Part shown: in pieces, positions 1 through 48,348 of the stretch | Position numbering within the stretch: position 1 is the stretch's first letter | Layout: every line of letters starts with the position of its first letter | Translations under genes and position numbers: made by a program | Assembly: GCA_051362555.1 (NCBI GenBank) | Contig: CM120645.1 | Coordinates: 23,154,934-23,218,933, forward strand | From: Lingula anatina | Lineage: Eukaryota > Animalia > Brachiopoda | Direction of reading: 5' to 3' | DNA length: 64,000 nt | Notes under the pieces: generated by a model | What the model was told of the DNA's origin: nothing | Database searches by the model: none | What the model saw: the letters and a program-made list of their open reading frames with translations, nothing else

Positions 1-644
1 TCAAACATTTAACTTTCAAATTTTTCATCTTAATTCACCAGCTTACCGAGGCCCCATTTCACAAAAGAATTACAGCCCCCAACAATGCTCTTACTGCCTG
101 TATAAGATATTCTTTACTAGCATTTCAACCCAATAAATTAGTGCATTTGTAGGAGACTATATACATGTGCATGTTAATTGTGCCTGCAGTACTCATGCAA
201 CCATCGAAGTGATTTCTAACCTGGATACAAATATCTACAACTATCTGTATTTCATCATATTAAAGGTGGTTTGTGCCAAAAATATCAAGCCCATTGGCTC
301 TTTATACCAAAGGGTAATAATAAATAATGTAATAATCAATTCAGGCAGAGGCAGTGGACAGTAAACAAATAAATTACTAAATTTTACTGGCACAGCTTCT
401 GTTTTACTATATTTCCGTTGTTGCTACATAATGCAGAAAAATAGCTGCTTGAACAAATCTTGCACTTCCATCATTCTATAATACATAATAATGGGCTGAT
501 AATAATGAGACTCATAAGTTCAAAGTCTGAAAATAAAAAAAAACAGATTTCTCAGACAGAGAATTAATTGAGCACTGAATTCATTCATTCACACACACAA
601 TAAACTGACATTAATCCATTCCCAAAATTCCACTCTTCCATTCT

Positions 645-35748
<35,104 letters not shown>

Positions 35749-35920
35749 TTTAAGCCTTGTGAAGACTTCTCTTGTATTCTGTTAAACAAAAGAGTATAGT
35801 TCTACAATTGCTGTGAAGCGACGTGAAACAAAACCTCCGTTGGATCAGCGGTTCCACCTTTGTAATTGTGTTTTCCTTTCAAGGTACCTTTAAAATGGTT
35901 ATACTCCCAAAGTAACTTAC

Positions 35921-36340
35921 AAGATGTGCTTTTAGCGCCTGCCTCGTTACTGGTGTCGACTGATATTCACCGTATGTGCGATTGTTAATGAAGTTTGTTA
36001 GCGCCGTGGGAGCGTTCATCAAATGGTTTCTGTGTCACGCAGCAGAATGTCCCCAGTGGAGCACGTTGACGGCGGTGTGTTGCTGACTCCGTCAGCTTCG
36101 CGTGTGGACTAGTCTAAAACGACACGGAAAGCGCAGCCCGTATTTCTATCAATAATGTAAAAGCGACACCAGCTGATTCGCTGTTACAGTGCAGATGGAG
36201 CTGCTCTTCCTCTGGCAGACCTCAGTGCCATGATCTGGAAAATAGGCAATGAAGAATGTCAATCCGATATCATTGGCTGAGATCTCGGCGTGCGAGGCGC
36301 GTAGTACGCAGTCTGTTTGCTGAGTGGATATATAGGGGAA
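35921..36340 (-). promoter_or_regulatory. Putative 5'UTR exon and TATA-like promoter of the RTK gene
   Basis: The first coding exon is preceded by an acceptor (tttgtttaacag, AG at 35780-35779). A GTAAGT donor lies at 35920-35915, followed by a CpG-rich stretch and CCTATATAT at ~36336-36328 on the minus strand. Confidence 0.4.
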
Positions 36341-36391
36341 ATACTGCGAGCTGAGAGAGGCCAGAATGGGGGCAACAAATATTGCTTGTAT

Positions 36392-36559
36392 CAGGGGCGG
36401 ATTTAGGCCGTCTTCTGGGTCTTCTGGAAGACGGTCTGATTTTCAACTTTACATTGTCAGCCATCTAATGTTTTCTGTCGGAAGACGGTCAAAAATGGAA
36501 GATGGATCAACAAAGATAATTTGGAAGACTGTCAGAAAATATCTCTGGATCCGCCCCTG
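36392..36559. mobile_element. CAGGGGCGGAT MITE with 5-bp TSD
   Basis: Perfect 11-bp TIR; TGTAT duplicated at 36387-36391 and 36560-36564. Confidence 0.88.
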
Positions 36560-37324
36560 TGTATTTATTGTTATACTTCACCCCAAATTCTATAAACATT
36601 TCTTTTATTACAGCCTTTGAACAGTTCTAAATAATTGTTTGTTGTACAAATCATCAGGGAGTGGGGGTTTGTTTGAAAAGTACCGATTTTAAGTGCCTAA
36701 ATTGTTTCTTCGTTTTTTTACGTCAGTGGGAAATATTTACCAAATATTTGCTTTGGTAATAGGAGAAAAGCATAAAATTTAACATTAAGGTGCACTTGAA
36801 TTTTTCATCTTAAAAAAGGGAGTTACAACAAATAACAAAAGCTCACATCTTACGCAATGACTGCGATATTATACTTATATTTTGAATTCTTTACGTTACA
36901 GTTACTGGGAATAGGTAATTTAAACATTTAACATAATCTCGGTTTAATCCTTAGGATGTAATTATTGCACAGGTACACGGCAATTACGTACAAAACAGGA
37001 AACATATGAAGGAAACGGATAACCGGTAAATTGCTGGTGAACTTTCAAGATAATTTAACCAAATATTTGCTGGTTGTTTTGGAACCAAACTTTCCAAGTA
37101 ATATTCCCTGCCAGGCAAAAGTTGACTCCACACAGGAAGCAAGCGGCGGAAGTGCATATCCGTTAAATTGCAGGTGTTTGTTGGATATTTTAACTTATTT
37201 TCAATAAAACGTTTGAAATAAAAAAAAGAGTATATCCGAACGAGACATAAATTTATTCCGATATCTTAAGTTGATAAATACAGAGAGAAATACTAATCAA
37301 AATCTCGTCTTTGCGTATCAGTTA

Positions 37325-37830
37325 TAGTATAGGTAACAGATAAAAACGAGTAGGCGCAATATCTCGGAACAATATACGAACATTTCTTTAACTTTATGAG
37401 AATGCTGCCTATCAAAGCAAAACTGCATATTCACCAGAGAGTGACTTAATGAAGACTAATACATCATATTGCAAAAAAAATTTGGAACTTCTTGTTCATA
37501 ATTAAAATCATTGAGCTGGGCGGGGTTACAAAGAGGTTGGGCATTGTCATGTTGGAACAGAAAGTTACGGCCAAAATGGCCTCCAGCATATAGCGCCATT
37601 TGCGTCGCCAGGACTTGCCTCAAAATGTCAGCACTTACATTTTCATTGGCAATCACCAGGCTGGTTCGACACCAAATAATAAATGGCAGGCCAAACCTGG
37701 ATGGAACCGTCACCATTGGCAACAATTTACACCACACAGTTTTCAGCAGACGTCCAAGAGACTGACATCGAACACAGAAATGCAACAAAAATCTGGGTAT
37801 GCTTCCAATGACGCTGTTCCTGCTAGCAAT
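37325..37830 (-). mobile_element. Tc1/mariner transposase relic
   Basis: ORF 37456-37788 contains ILRQVLATQMALYAGGHFGRNFLFQHDNAQP, the F(Q)xDNAxP motif around the second catalytic Asp of Tc1 transposases; the rest is degenerate. Confidence 0.75.
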
Positions 37831-39352
37831 TATAAAGGGACATTTTTTTTTCAGATTTATTTCAAAATGTTATATTTATAATATTTGCGTTGACGTCTAA
37901 GTATTTTTTGCTTTAATAAAGAAATAAGCTATGAAATCCAAAAGTCTTGCTAGGTTTTCAAGGGTAAGATATTCCAACACAACTCTTTGTTTTATTCCAT
38001 TCAAGTGAAGCACAACATTTATAATACAGCATAAAAAACATAAGCTCTTTTTTAGCTTTTGGAAAGATTCTAAACAGCAAATAACTGGATATAATTTATA
38101 AACAATTTAAAAACAATGAAAACATATTAAATAAATAACAAAAGGTCATAAAGATACAGGATTTATTATTTGCATATTGCACATCTAGGCCTATATACAT
38201 TTATTTCCATCCCAGTTACTAATCATACTTTAATAACCTTTGATTTTCAGCTGCTCTCAAGCGAAGCTGAATTGGAGTTGTTATTACCCTCTCTCCCCCC
38301 CCCACCCACCCCCTCCACCCCCACCTCCCTGCTTCGTCCATAAAGTCGAACACTGCCATAGGTAAGTGAGGCTCTGTACATCTAATTGACGTGAAGTGGC
38401 TAATTGGTACGTAAGTATATGAAACGCGCTATAAGATAAAACCGATTAATCTTCTTCTATGCCTCTTGCATTTCTTCTGTTAACAAACCCGACGAAGTGC
38501 CACCGGCTCGCGTAACTTTTCAATTGAAGTGGGCGAGCTTAATTATTTCATCGAAGTAGAAAATATCTCAGATTTAACGTCCGTCAAATGGACGTCTGTC
38601 ATATATCATTAACATAAGTGGAGCGACTGAAAACAAATAACCGGTTGTCAGGAATAGATAGACTTTTTTTAATAAAGAGTACAGTTACTTGCATATGTAA
38701 ATGCACCGAAATAAGAGCCACCGCAAAACATACCGGTAACTATCTAACGCTGGTGGGCGACCGTGCGTTTTTCAGCTTTATCGAAATCGGATATTTCAGG
38801 TATAACGTTGCCTATAAAAACCAAAATCTGATGGCTTTCCTGTTGCCAGAGATATCATTGCCTATATTTAGTATAACAAATATCCGGTGGTCAAAAGTAT
38901 TTATAATTGTGGGGAAAAACATCGAATTAGGTTCCAATAACACCTGTGTGGGCGTCTCTACAGTTTACCATTGCTGTCCCCAAAGGGCCAGTTCTGTTGG
39001 AAAAATTCCATGAAACGAGTGTGGGAAGGGAATTGTGGAATTGTTTCCAATTTGAACATTATTAGCAAGTCCATCAATTTGATGACGGCAGGTTTTGAAC
39101 TTAGTTTCTGGCTGATGGTTTCCTGCTTCATTCTTGTTTTCTTGTTTTAAAATCAATATCAGTACCGGGACAGGCGTGACAGGAATGGTAGTCCGCTAGG
39201 AACCGAAGTCCGCTTCCCATTACTTTGTACAGGTGACATTCGTCCTATATACGACTTGCATTATTCGTCTCGTTTTCGATATTGAGCGCAATGCATTGTG
39301 GGTAAAGTGGGACCCATCTTGCGTTGCCGCCATTTCTGTACACAGAAATAAA

Positions 39353-39876
39353 ATGCCTCTCGACGGTTCTATGTGTTTTGTGCCTGTTTGTTTCAACAAT
39401 ACGGAGCGAGATCGAATTTTTTTCATTTTATGCTTTCCCCAAGGACCCAAAAAAGAGAGGTATATGGATTGACAGTATTGGACGAGCGGGAAATGAAGGC
39501 AAATTTAGTAAGTTTGAGCCCGCCAAGCATCACCGTGTGTGTAGTGCTCATTTTGAAGGAGGGAATAAATCGTATTTGGGTGGGAGACCAACTATATTTT
39601 CACTCAAGAAATCGAAGATTCGTAAGCCCCGAAAAAAATTATTAGACATTTAACTGTTGAAAACTCTGAGACAAATTTTAGTGAACCTGGCGGCAAGTGA
39701 GAAGTTGAACAGCGAGGACGAAAATGGCTTCTCAAATACAGACCACGATGCCTACTGCATTGTATCAGATGCAGGCTCAGATGCGCTTTTAACGACAGTT
39801 AAGGAAAAACAACATATTATTTTCAGTATCTTTAGAAATTTAACTTTCGGAAACAACTAAGAGTGGAATTACAACG

Positions 39877-39920
<44 letters not shown>

Positions 39921-40200
39921 TGCATAAAGAAATAGTGTGACAGAGAAAAAGTACATACAATGCTGGAACAACTGTCCAAAGCACATGAGGCAGTTGACAA
40001 ACACACTTTCAGCATAAAGTCTATGCACAACAAACCTGAAATGGTTAAATTTTACATCGGTCTTGAAACCTACAAGGAATTAAACATTTTCATGACTTTT
40101 TATACCCTGACATTACCTCAGTATAAAAAAATGGCATGAAAACTGTCATGTGAAACTTTGGTTTGATTTCACAGCAAGGTTAAAGCTGGTTTTAGTTTTA
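39353..40200 (+). pseudogene. THAP-domain transposase remnant
   Basis: MPLDGSMCFVPVC..(frameshift)..FYAFPKDPKKRGIW..HHRVCSAHF..RPTIF is a C2CH THAP with an AVPTIF-like box. Downstream KPEMVKFYIGLETY (~40032) and KLSCE..ARLKL (~40140) resemble the region preceding HTH_Tnp_4. Stops, frameshifts and a poly-A run interrupt it. Confidence 0.85.
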
Positions 40201-40549
40201 CTTTGGTTTTAGAGTATTGTTATCGACATTGCTTAGACCCGAGTAAAACTAAAACCAGGTTTAAACCTGACTGTGAAGGAGTATTGAATGGTATATTACT
40301 TATGCAAATAACAAAAAAAAAAGAGAACACTTTTACCAAATATCTCATTTTTATTATCAAAATGCACTTGAACATATCTAGAAAATGTTTAAAACATTGC
40401 ATTTTAAAAAAAAAATCAGAAATATCGTAAGGTACCTTGGAAAGATATTTCCAAGGCAACATCATTGGTTTTATTATGCAAAATAAAAATGTGAAACGAA
40501 ATATTAAATTGTACTTATTAATAGGCAAATATTAAAAAAAAAAAAACGG

Positions 40550-41213
40550 TTTGGGCATTCCCTTCAAGGACTTGGTCCATTCTCCACTGTCTTGATTCAA
40601 ACTTCAATCTGGTAGGCCTACTTCTAATTTTCTCTGCCGTCTGGATCCAATATTTTGTTTCTCTCTCTCTATCCTCACTGTACAGTTTTCACCTATAAAA
40701 CAAGTAAAAAATTTAAAAGTCATGAAAATAGTTATTAAAGTCATCATCAACACATCTATAACAGTGATTTATTTACATACATACATATTAGACTGATGAC
40801 AAAACAGAAAATTGACATGACTAGTCATATTTTTTTAACCGAAATCTACCTGGATACACAACAGAAAGATAATGAAGAAGAACAAATGATAGATGCACTG
40901 ATATTGACAGCGAGCTTGTACTAATTACCTGTACAGTGCACTAGCCCACCTCCGAGATTGTATCAGATAACTGCTTGAACCAGGTGACAAATTTATCTCC
41001 CCAATAAATGACTCAGGTGAACATAATTACATAATGACCACATTAGGGTTTTGTATTTAAGAAAATATCGTGTAACATACCTTTTTATCAGCTCTTCTTT
41101 TTTGCCTGATGTGTGGGCATCCTACATTTTAACCAACTTTTCAACTCCGGCATCGTTGTCGCCTCAAATGGCTTGTTTAATATCGCCCCCGGCATGTCTT
41201 ATGCTTCCATCAT
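40550..41213 (-). pseudogene. SAP-domain N-terminus of the transposon's second ORF (YqaJ-type accessory gene by inference)
   Basis: MMEA*DMPGAILNKPFEATTMPELKSWLKCR-(fs)-AHTSGKKEELIK|gtatgt, then an acceptor near 40693 and fragments KILDPDG..EWTKSLKGMP. Confidence 0.65.
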
Positions 41214-42982
41214 GTGTGTTCCTATCGCTGTCAACAACGCTTCCGGTACTATTTTGACCCCTGCAGTGCACAATTCCGGTCATGCGCATATCGCACCTTT
41301 CGAATAATGCAAGTCGTATATACACTTACCCCAATACTCCAACTAACCCTAACCTGTACTAATCATATGGGAGCCCGGACTTCTATTCCAATGAGTACCA
41401 TTCCTTCACCGGCTGTCACTTTGTAATGGAGGGACCCCTTTTGTTTAAATATTTCTCTAAAGTTCTCTTTGGAAATCTGAAATAACAGTTCATCAGTCGT
41501 GTGCTTAATTCTTCTTATACAATAAGATCAACATTGTTGTTCCCATGCTACATGTAAATATTTATTGAAAAATGTGTGAACGGTTGGATATAGCCTACAT
41601 GTAAGACCCTTCCCCAGCTGCTGGGGATATATCGAGTTCTTGCAAATGAATTAGAAACTTGCGAGAACCTGCTGTGTCCTCTGTATGTACGTATTATAAT
41701 ACGCTTATAATACGCTTAACACCGCGGGCGATTCTGGCCTACTTACTTGGGCAACAAATGCGAGAAATGAATGGATCATGACCATTGATGTTGGTTTGAA
41801 CAAAAATTAAGATTGAGTGAATAGACATTTTCTGGTCCAAGCCAGCCCTGCCTTATATGTGCATCACAGACCTTGTAATTTGTGCACTTCCGTACATGTA
41901 CAGTATATGTAAAAACCATGTTACTCAAAGACCACAAAGTAAAGTTGTTTTTATTAAAGATAAGAGAGGTCGGAAATCATGAATGACATTTACATTGTAG
42001 GCCTATATACGGTGAAATAGGTTTTCATTTTCTCTGTTATGATGATTAAAATGAATCGTTTTGTAAAGAGACTAAAAAGAAACGTGTTTTCTTCCTACAA
42101 GAGATGACTTTTCGACGCCTACACTTTGATCATTGATACGCAAAGTCCAGGCCGTCACTGTAACGCAAGGTCAAGGTCGATTTACCTTTTTATCGACACC
42201 TGTTACGTCGTAAAGAAATAGAAAAAAAAACAGGGATTTGTTCTTATTGAACACTTCTTATTTTGAATCTGCTGCGTTTTATGAAAATGGTATTTGCAGA
42301 AAAGGTAACATTATTCCTTAGAGAGGAAGGCGGCTTTTTGTCATGCCCCGGGTATAGGTCTACATGTAGTGCTTTTTTATAATTTCATTTTATTCCATCT
42401 ACTTAATTTGTAACTTAATAGGCACTCCAACTTTTGCTGATACAGAAACTTATTTTCTACAGACATGAGATTTTTCGAACACGCACTGAATGCTGGCGTG
42501 TTACTAAAATTAACTCTTATGATCGAGATATGTCAGGTGTGAGATTTCAACGCGTTCCTAGTTTATCATGAACACAAAAAACAGGAGAGATATTTTGTAT
42601 TAAAAAAACATTACACAACATCGTATGAATTAACCGCAGTTTGGAGATACCGTGTATACTGTTATGCGTCACACGACTCCTTTACCATTTGATACCTTGT
42701 TTTTCTCGTACCACCATGGCATCCAGTGACTTACGCTCTATCTTCGCATTTTTAGAATCGTATTGTTACCAAACCCGAAATAGCATGAAAGTATGAAAGC
42801 CTGGGTAATTATAGCGCTATTCTGTATGATGTGTACTCTAGGATGTCACTCCGGTTTACCGTTGAGAATATTTCATACATTGAGAGTCAAACCTTAGGGT
42901 TAAACTTAGTGTAAAAAGAAGAAGTAGAAATAATAATGATAAAATAGAAATACCAGACCATATTCTCAGGGGCCCATCCCCA

Positions 42983-43031
<49 letters not shown>

Positions 43032-44284
43032 TAAAGTGGATTTTAACTAGGGCATGAGCCGGCCACCCCACCCCTTTCACACACATAAACAAATTCAAAA
43101 CAAACTTTTGGTCACGATGACTTTGTTTATCAGTCACGATGTCTATGAGACTCAGAAACAATCGTTACGAAGGCTTCCGCCCACGCTGGCTTACAACTAG
43201 GGCCCTCTTAACTCACAGTCAGGTTCTCAGTGAGTGCACTGATGCACCAGTGTCATTTCTTACGCGGTGTCCCTGCTTTGCGAACAACAAAATGGCGCTA
43301 AATCCGCTGCGATTAGTAACGCAATACTTCTGTATAACCCGATTTTCGCACCTGCAGTCCTATATGCTAATTTATGGTATTTAACGCGATGTGCTAATTA
43401 ATAAGTTGTGGAAAGTTTAAGCTCCTAGCAAGTTGAGTTTTAACAGGGAGACAGGTAGTCATGGCAACCTTTGCGAATAACAATAATTTTGTATTGGAGT
43501 ATATGAATTACAAAACGAAACTTGGAGATCTTTGATCGCGAAGTATTTTGTAAATCTGGAAGTTTTTATTGCTACATACGGATATTGATCCATCTGAAAT
43601 TTTATATTTTTTAAGTGTACATTTCGTATTCTGTAACATACATAAAATAACAATATTGTTCGATATTTGAGTTTGTTTCCAACAGGAAGGAAAACACATT
43701 TGTTACAAAGGTATTATGATACAATGTATCAACTGTGTGATATCACGCTACCTGCAAAAGGTGTCTGAATAAAAAGTAAACAAGCTGGGTGAAGAGAAAA
43801 CGTTCAAGCGATGGTTAGTTTTAGCGATGACCTTTTCGCTTTTTATTATAAACAGCAACAATCAACAGAGCTGCACTTAGCAGTAATTAGTTGTTAGTTA
43901 TAGGTAGTCATCAAACATGTGTCCTTATGTCAAGATTTATTATCTATATTAGTTGAAAAATATCCCGACGGATAAATGCTTTTAGCAGAAACATTAATAG
44001 GTAAATATATACAGGGGTACCGAACTTTAGATTAAAAAATATCTCAGCATTTATACACCATAATTCCATGAAGTTTGACTTGTCACGGCTTCATGCCACT
44101 GGAGATTTATAGTTTTCAATAAAGAGTATATTTTTAATATATTCTTTAGGTCTTTTAAGACTTAAAAGTGAAAACTATAGGTTACAGACATTAAAACATG
44201 TCTGTGGCGCTCAATACAAACATCCTTCTTTACCGAATCCTCGTCCGTTTTTAACTGCATAACCGCAAAAATCCCACCTGGAAG

Positions 44285-44323
<39 letters not shown>

Positions 44324-47300
44324 ATTATGATTTTGAAAAAAAAAAAACTTTATCCAGTAACAAATACAAAACGCTTGAACAGTTTCTTTTGTAAATTTCT
44401 GTCGCTTTTCTAAGAAAAAACTTCCCTCCTACACACTTGCCCCCTCCTCAAGTCGCTCCTATTTCGAGGTCAAAAATAAAACTTGCTTCCCCCAATTTAC
44501 CGGAAATGTATTTCCTCTTTCAGCTATGAAAATACAAAGAAATTGGCAAAATAATGAAAAATATTGATTGGGAAGGGGTGACATAGTTGCACTTAAAGCA
44601 GTATATATGGACCGTAACAGCCAATAGGTGTGGGATGTCACCATCCGAAATTGACGTAAGTCATGGCGTGAGAGTGAATGAAAACCCACAAAGTTTACAC
44701 AATTACGTACCCCAATTGCATTCACAACGGTTGTCTGGCATCAAATTTTCAAGAACTGATGGGACTTTCTGTGGTATTTTATCAAATACCGAAGTCTGAA
44801 GTAGCACATGAATATGTGTAAATGTTTTAAAGACGGTATCATATTAAAGCCACGTTACTTGAAGCTTTCTGAACCATGTCTTGCGTTCTTTGCATTTTGA
44901 TGCTGTGCTGAATACAGAAAGCAGTCAGTTAATCACTTAGAAAGGATAGACGTACCTTTCAGATGTGGACACATTTATGTATGATTACTGCATAAAAACT
45001 ATGGTTAATAAGTAAAAAAAAATACACTTGTATGACTTATATAAGCCCAGTTACTTACCTGCATGTAGCTCACTCTAGCTGAATGCTCGCTGTTGTTGTT
45101 TTTCTTGGAACTATATTCAGGTAAGAACCAATTACCTTGTCGGAGTTGTCTGAATTTCTGTCTCGTATCAGTAATTCCAATCAATTTAGTTCATTCTTTC
45201 TCAACCGATCAGTAGGAAACCCGATCCCCGCCTCTGTCCTCTTCCGAGCAAGACAATGAGATTCCGCAATTCTATGTACGACGAGTACTATAATCACAAT
45301 GTTCGTTTGAGTAGTTTTTAGATATATATACCAAGTGGGTGTAAAGTGCCTACCACCTGCATAAAGGTAAAAATAACGAGCAAGGTCCTCAGTGTCTGGT
45401 TCGTTAACCTGTAGCTTGTTGGGGAAAATTAACATTCTTGGCAGAAGTCCGATAATATTCTTTTAAAGGTCTTAGTGCAAACCCATTGATTGGCCACGTT
45501 TTTTTATGCCGAGTGACGCCATGTTTGATTTCTTCCTCGCGCCGCTCCCCAACACTATTGTGTTCTGGTCTAGTTTTTAATGAGACGTTACACAAACATT
45601 GCAAACAACCGTGAGCAATTTCGTAAATTATTTGTCTTCAGTTACGATCCGAATCTTGTAGGCTTACTTGTTTACATGGAAGCAGTTGAGGTTTTGAAAT
45701 TCCATAGTGTGATATATTGAAGCGCAAGCACAGGGGAAATAGTATCGTTTCTTTTTTTCTTTTCAGTTATATCTAAAAATACACGATTATAGCATTTAGG
45801 TGTCTTTTGTCACTAAACCTGGTGATATTGAATTTTAACTCAGTGCCCAAACATTGAATGCATCTCTGTCAAAAACGCTAGCTAGATGAAAACCCATTCA
45901 TTGATATAAAATCTGGCACAGAAGGTTCCATTTGTTTTACTGCTCTTCCCGGCAGACAGAGAGCGATATGCGTCTCAGGTATTTTAGTACCTGTAATATT
46001 AATATTGTCGTCTGCCCTGGATAGTCCAAGATTTTTTTTTTTTGGGGGGGGGGTCTAAAGCTAAAGGGATTAGGCACATGGACAGATGGCGCCCTTCACC
46101 CCCCATCCCCCACCCCCCACCCCACCCCCCCACCCCCCCACCCCCAGACCCGCCACTGGTCTCTCAGAAAAGGCAAAAGGATTCCCTATGTGCTGAAGGT
46201 TTTGAGAAAACCATAAGTTAGCCACCTTGCAAAAATTTTATTACCGATATAACGTACGCCTGACACTATTAAGTCATACCTACAGCCATGACTGATCTTC
46301 AACGAGGTGAAATGAAGATGCTTGAACTACGCGTCATCCCGTTATTTGCCCAAGTTTTAGAGACGACGCGAGCGTCTTCATTTTCACCCCCGCATATGTA
46401 CCCACACTTTAACAACGTATAAACTCCGTATACATACAGTGTACATGTGGGAATTTGAAAACGAAAATTCTGTCGGACATCGGAACTGTCGGAATTAACT
46501 AAATAGGAATGTTCTAACTTTTAATATTTTTTTTATTTTTATTTTTTAAATAAAATCAGTATCTGTAAAATTCATAATTTTCCCGGTTAAAATGATTGGG
46601 CCATTACCGTACGTATGCCTCCTACGTCATACCAAGTCAAGAGTCCCCATCCAGTATATACAGAGTTAAGCTTCATGAGGTTTTTCTTTGAAATTCCAAT
46701 ATGCCGTAACGTAATTTTACACTTCGCGATGGTTGCATAAAGATATTTGTCATTCTAAGCGCGGGCTGCTATATTTGTGTTTACATGTACAAGTATGATT
46801 TCATAAAGAAATACCAAACCAAGGGACCCTATGATGTTTTTTTTTTTTTTTTCAGTATATAAAGTGTTAAGCTGAATAAGGTCTTTCTTAGAAATGCCAA
46901 TATGCCGTAACGTCATTAACACCATTGTTTTATTTTCGGTGAGAGGGAAAGGAACCTCGCGCCTTGCGGTGGTTGCATTCGTTATTCTGGGGACAAGATG
47001 GAATATTTGTTATGATTTAAAGAAACGAAGAGGAGACTGATTTTGAAAATACTATAGTCTTGTGGTTCGAGTACACAGCCACAGTCAAGAATAAATAAAT
47101 AAATGAATAAATAAATAAATAAATAGTCAAGAATTAGGATGAAAACAACGCAGGAATAAAGCTCACACAAGACTAATTTCAGAATTCAAATCCCAAACGT
47201 GGCTACTGTATCAACGCTGATTTACTGGAAATTTACCAAATATAGATACAATAACAGCGTCAGGAGACACATTTTTGGTGGTTTTCTATATCTTTCTGTG

Positions 47301-47687
47301 ACACGCAAGCTAATGAAAAAAAATTGTGCCACAATCTAAATCGCTCGTTAGTGAAATAAATCTACCAAAATGGATGCAACAACATTGAGCTTCTTTCCAC
47401 TTTTCCGCTTCCTCAATTTATTTTGGGACCCTACAGACTCACAAGTCAGCCTTCCTTTGACGTAATGCAATTTAGCATCCTCGCTCTCACTACTATAAAA
47501 TCCTCTGTTATAGATAACAATATAAGCAATAATAGCACCACCTTTTCATTTTCAAGGCAACCATTACTCAAGCTGTATTTCTGATATGCACAATGAAAAA
47601 AAATTGACTGCAGGAAATTTGAGGCTGGCCAGTGAAAATGCAATTATGATTGGGACAAAAATGTTTTGTAATTTTGTAATCTTGGCG

Positions 47688-47718
47688 AACACACACACAC
47701 ACACACACACACACTTAT

Positions 47719-47763
<45 letters not shown>
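47688..47763. repeat. Interrupted (CA)n microsatellite
   Basis: Directly visible. Confidence 0.95.
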
Positions 47764-47764
<1 letters not shown>

Positions 47765-48114
47765 CCAATGATCTTATGGAGGGCACAGTGAGGTCAGTGG
47801 GCCATGTTCTCCCCTCCTTTGATCCGGATGTCCCCCCCTTTCTTCCCTCCCCCTCTCATCCCCACCTCACCCCTCAAAAAATCGTGCAAAACGATACAAA
47901 AGAAGGCAATATTTTTATCGTACATATCACAGTAAAATTGTCCTTGATGACTGCTTTATATTTACTGAGAGAAAAATGTTTTCCTCCCCACCCCCAACCC
48001 CAACCGCCGAACCCCCATCTCCCCATTAGTAACATCTTGGACCAGTCAGTGCCGGTGTCAACATATTTATCTCACCAAAATTCGTATAACTGACACCACT
48101 TGAAACATCCATCT

Positions 48115-48150
<36 letters not shown>

Positions 48151-48348
48151 ATACACACACCCTAGCATATGCAGGGGAGGACACAGCGGTGCAATTTTGA
48201 GGAACTCAATCAATCAATCAATCTATCAACTAATCTATCTATCTATCTATCTATCAATAACGAGACAAACCCAAGCCATTCTCCATTTCGTATCCCTACA
48301 CGTCTCCTGTGAGGGCAATGAAGTGTGTAGTGTTTTTTTCTTTAATCA

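Larger units (their letters stand above)
39246..41322 (+). mobile_element. Decayed, internally deleted THAP-transposase DNA transposon (ISL2EU/PIF-Harbinger-like) with a convergent second ORF
   Basis: Perfect 22-bp inverted repeats tatatacgacttgcattattcg (39246-39267) and cgaataatgcaagtcgtatata (41301-41322); THAP remnant on +, SAP-like remnant on -. Confidence 0.85.

Noticed and set aside
38618-39013. 131-aa ORF next to the THAP element
   Set aside because: GTG start, no motif, outside the TIRs.
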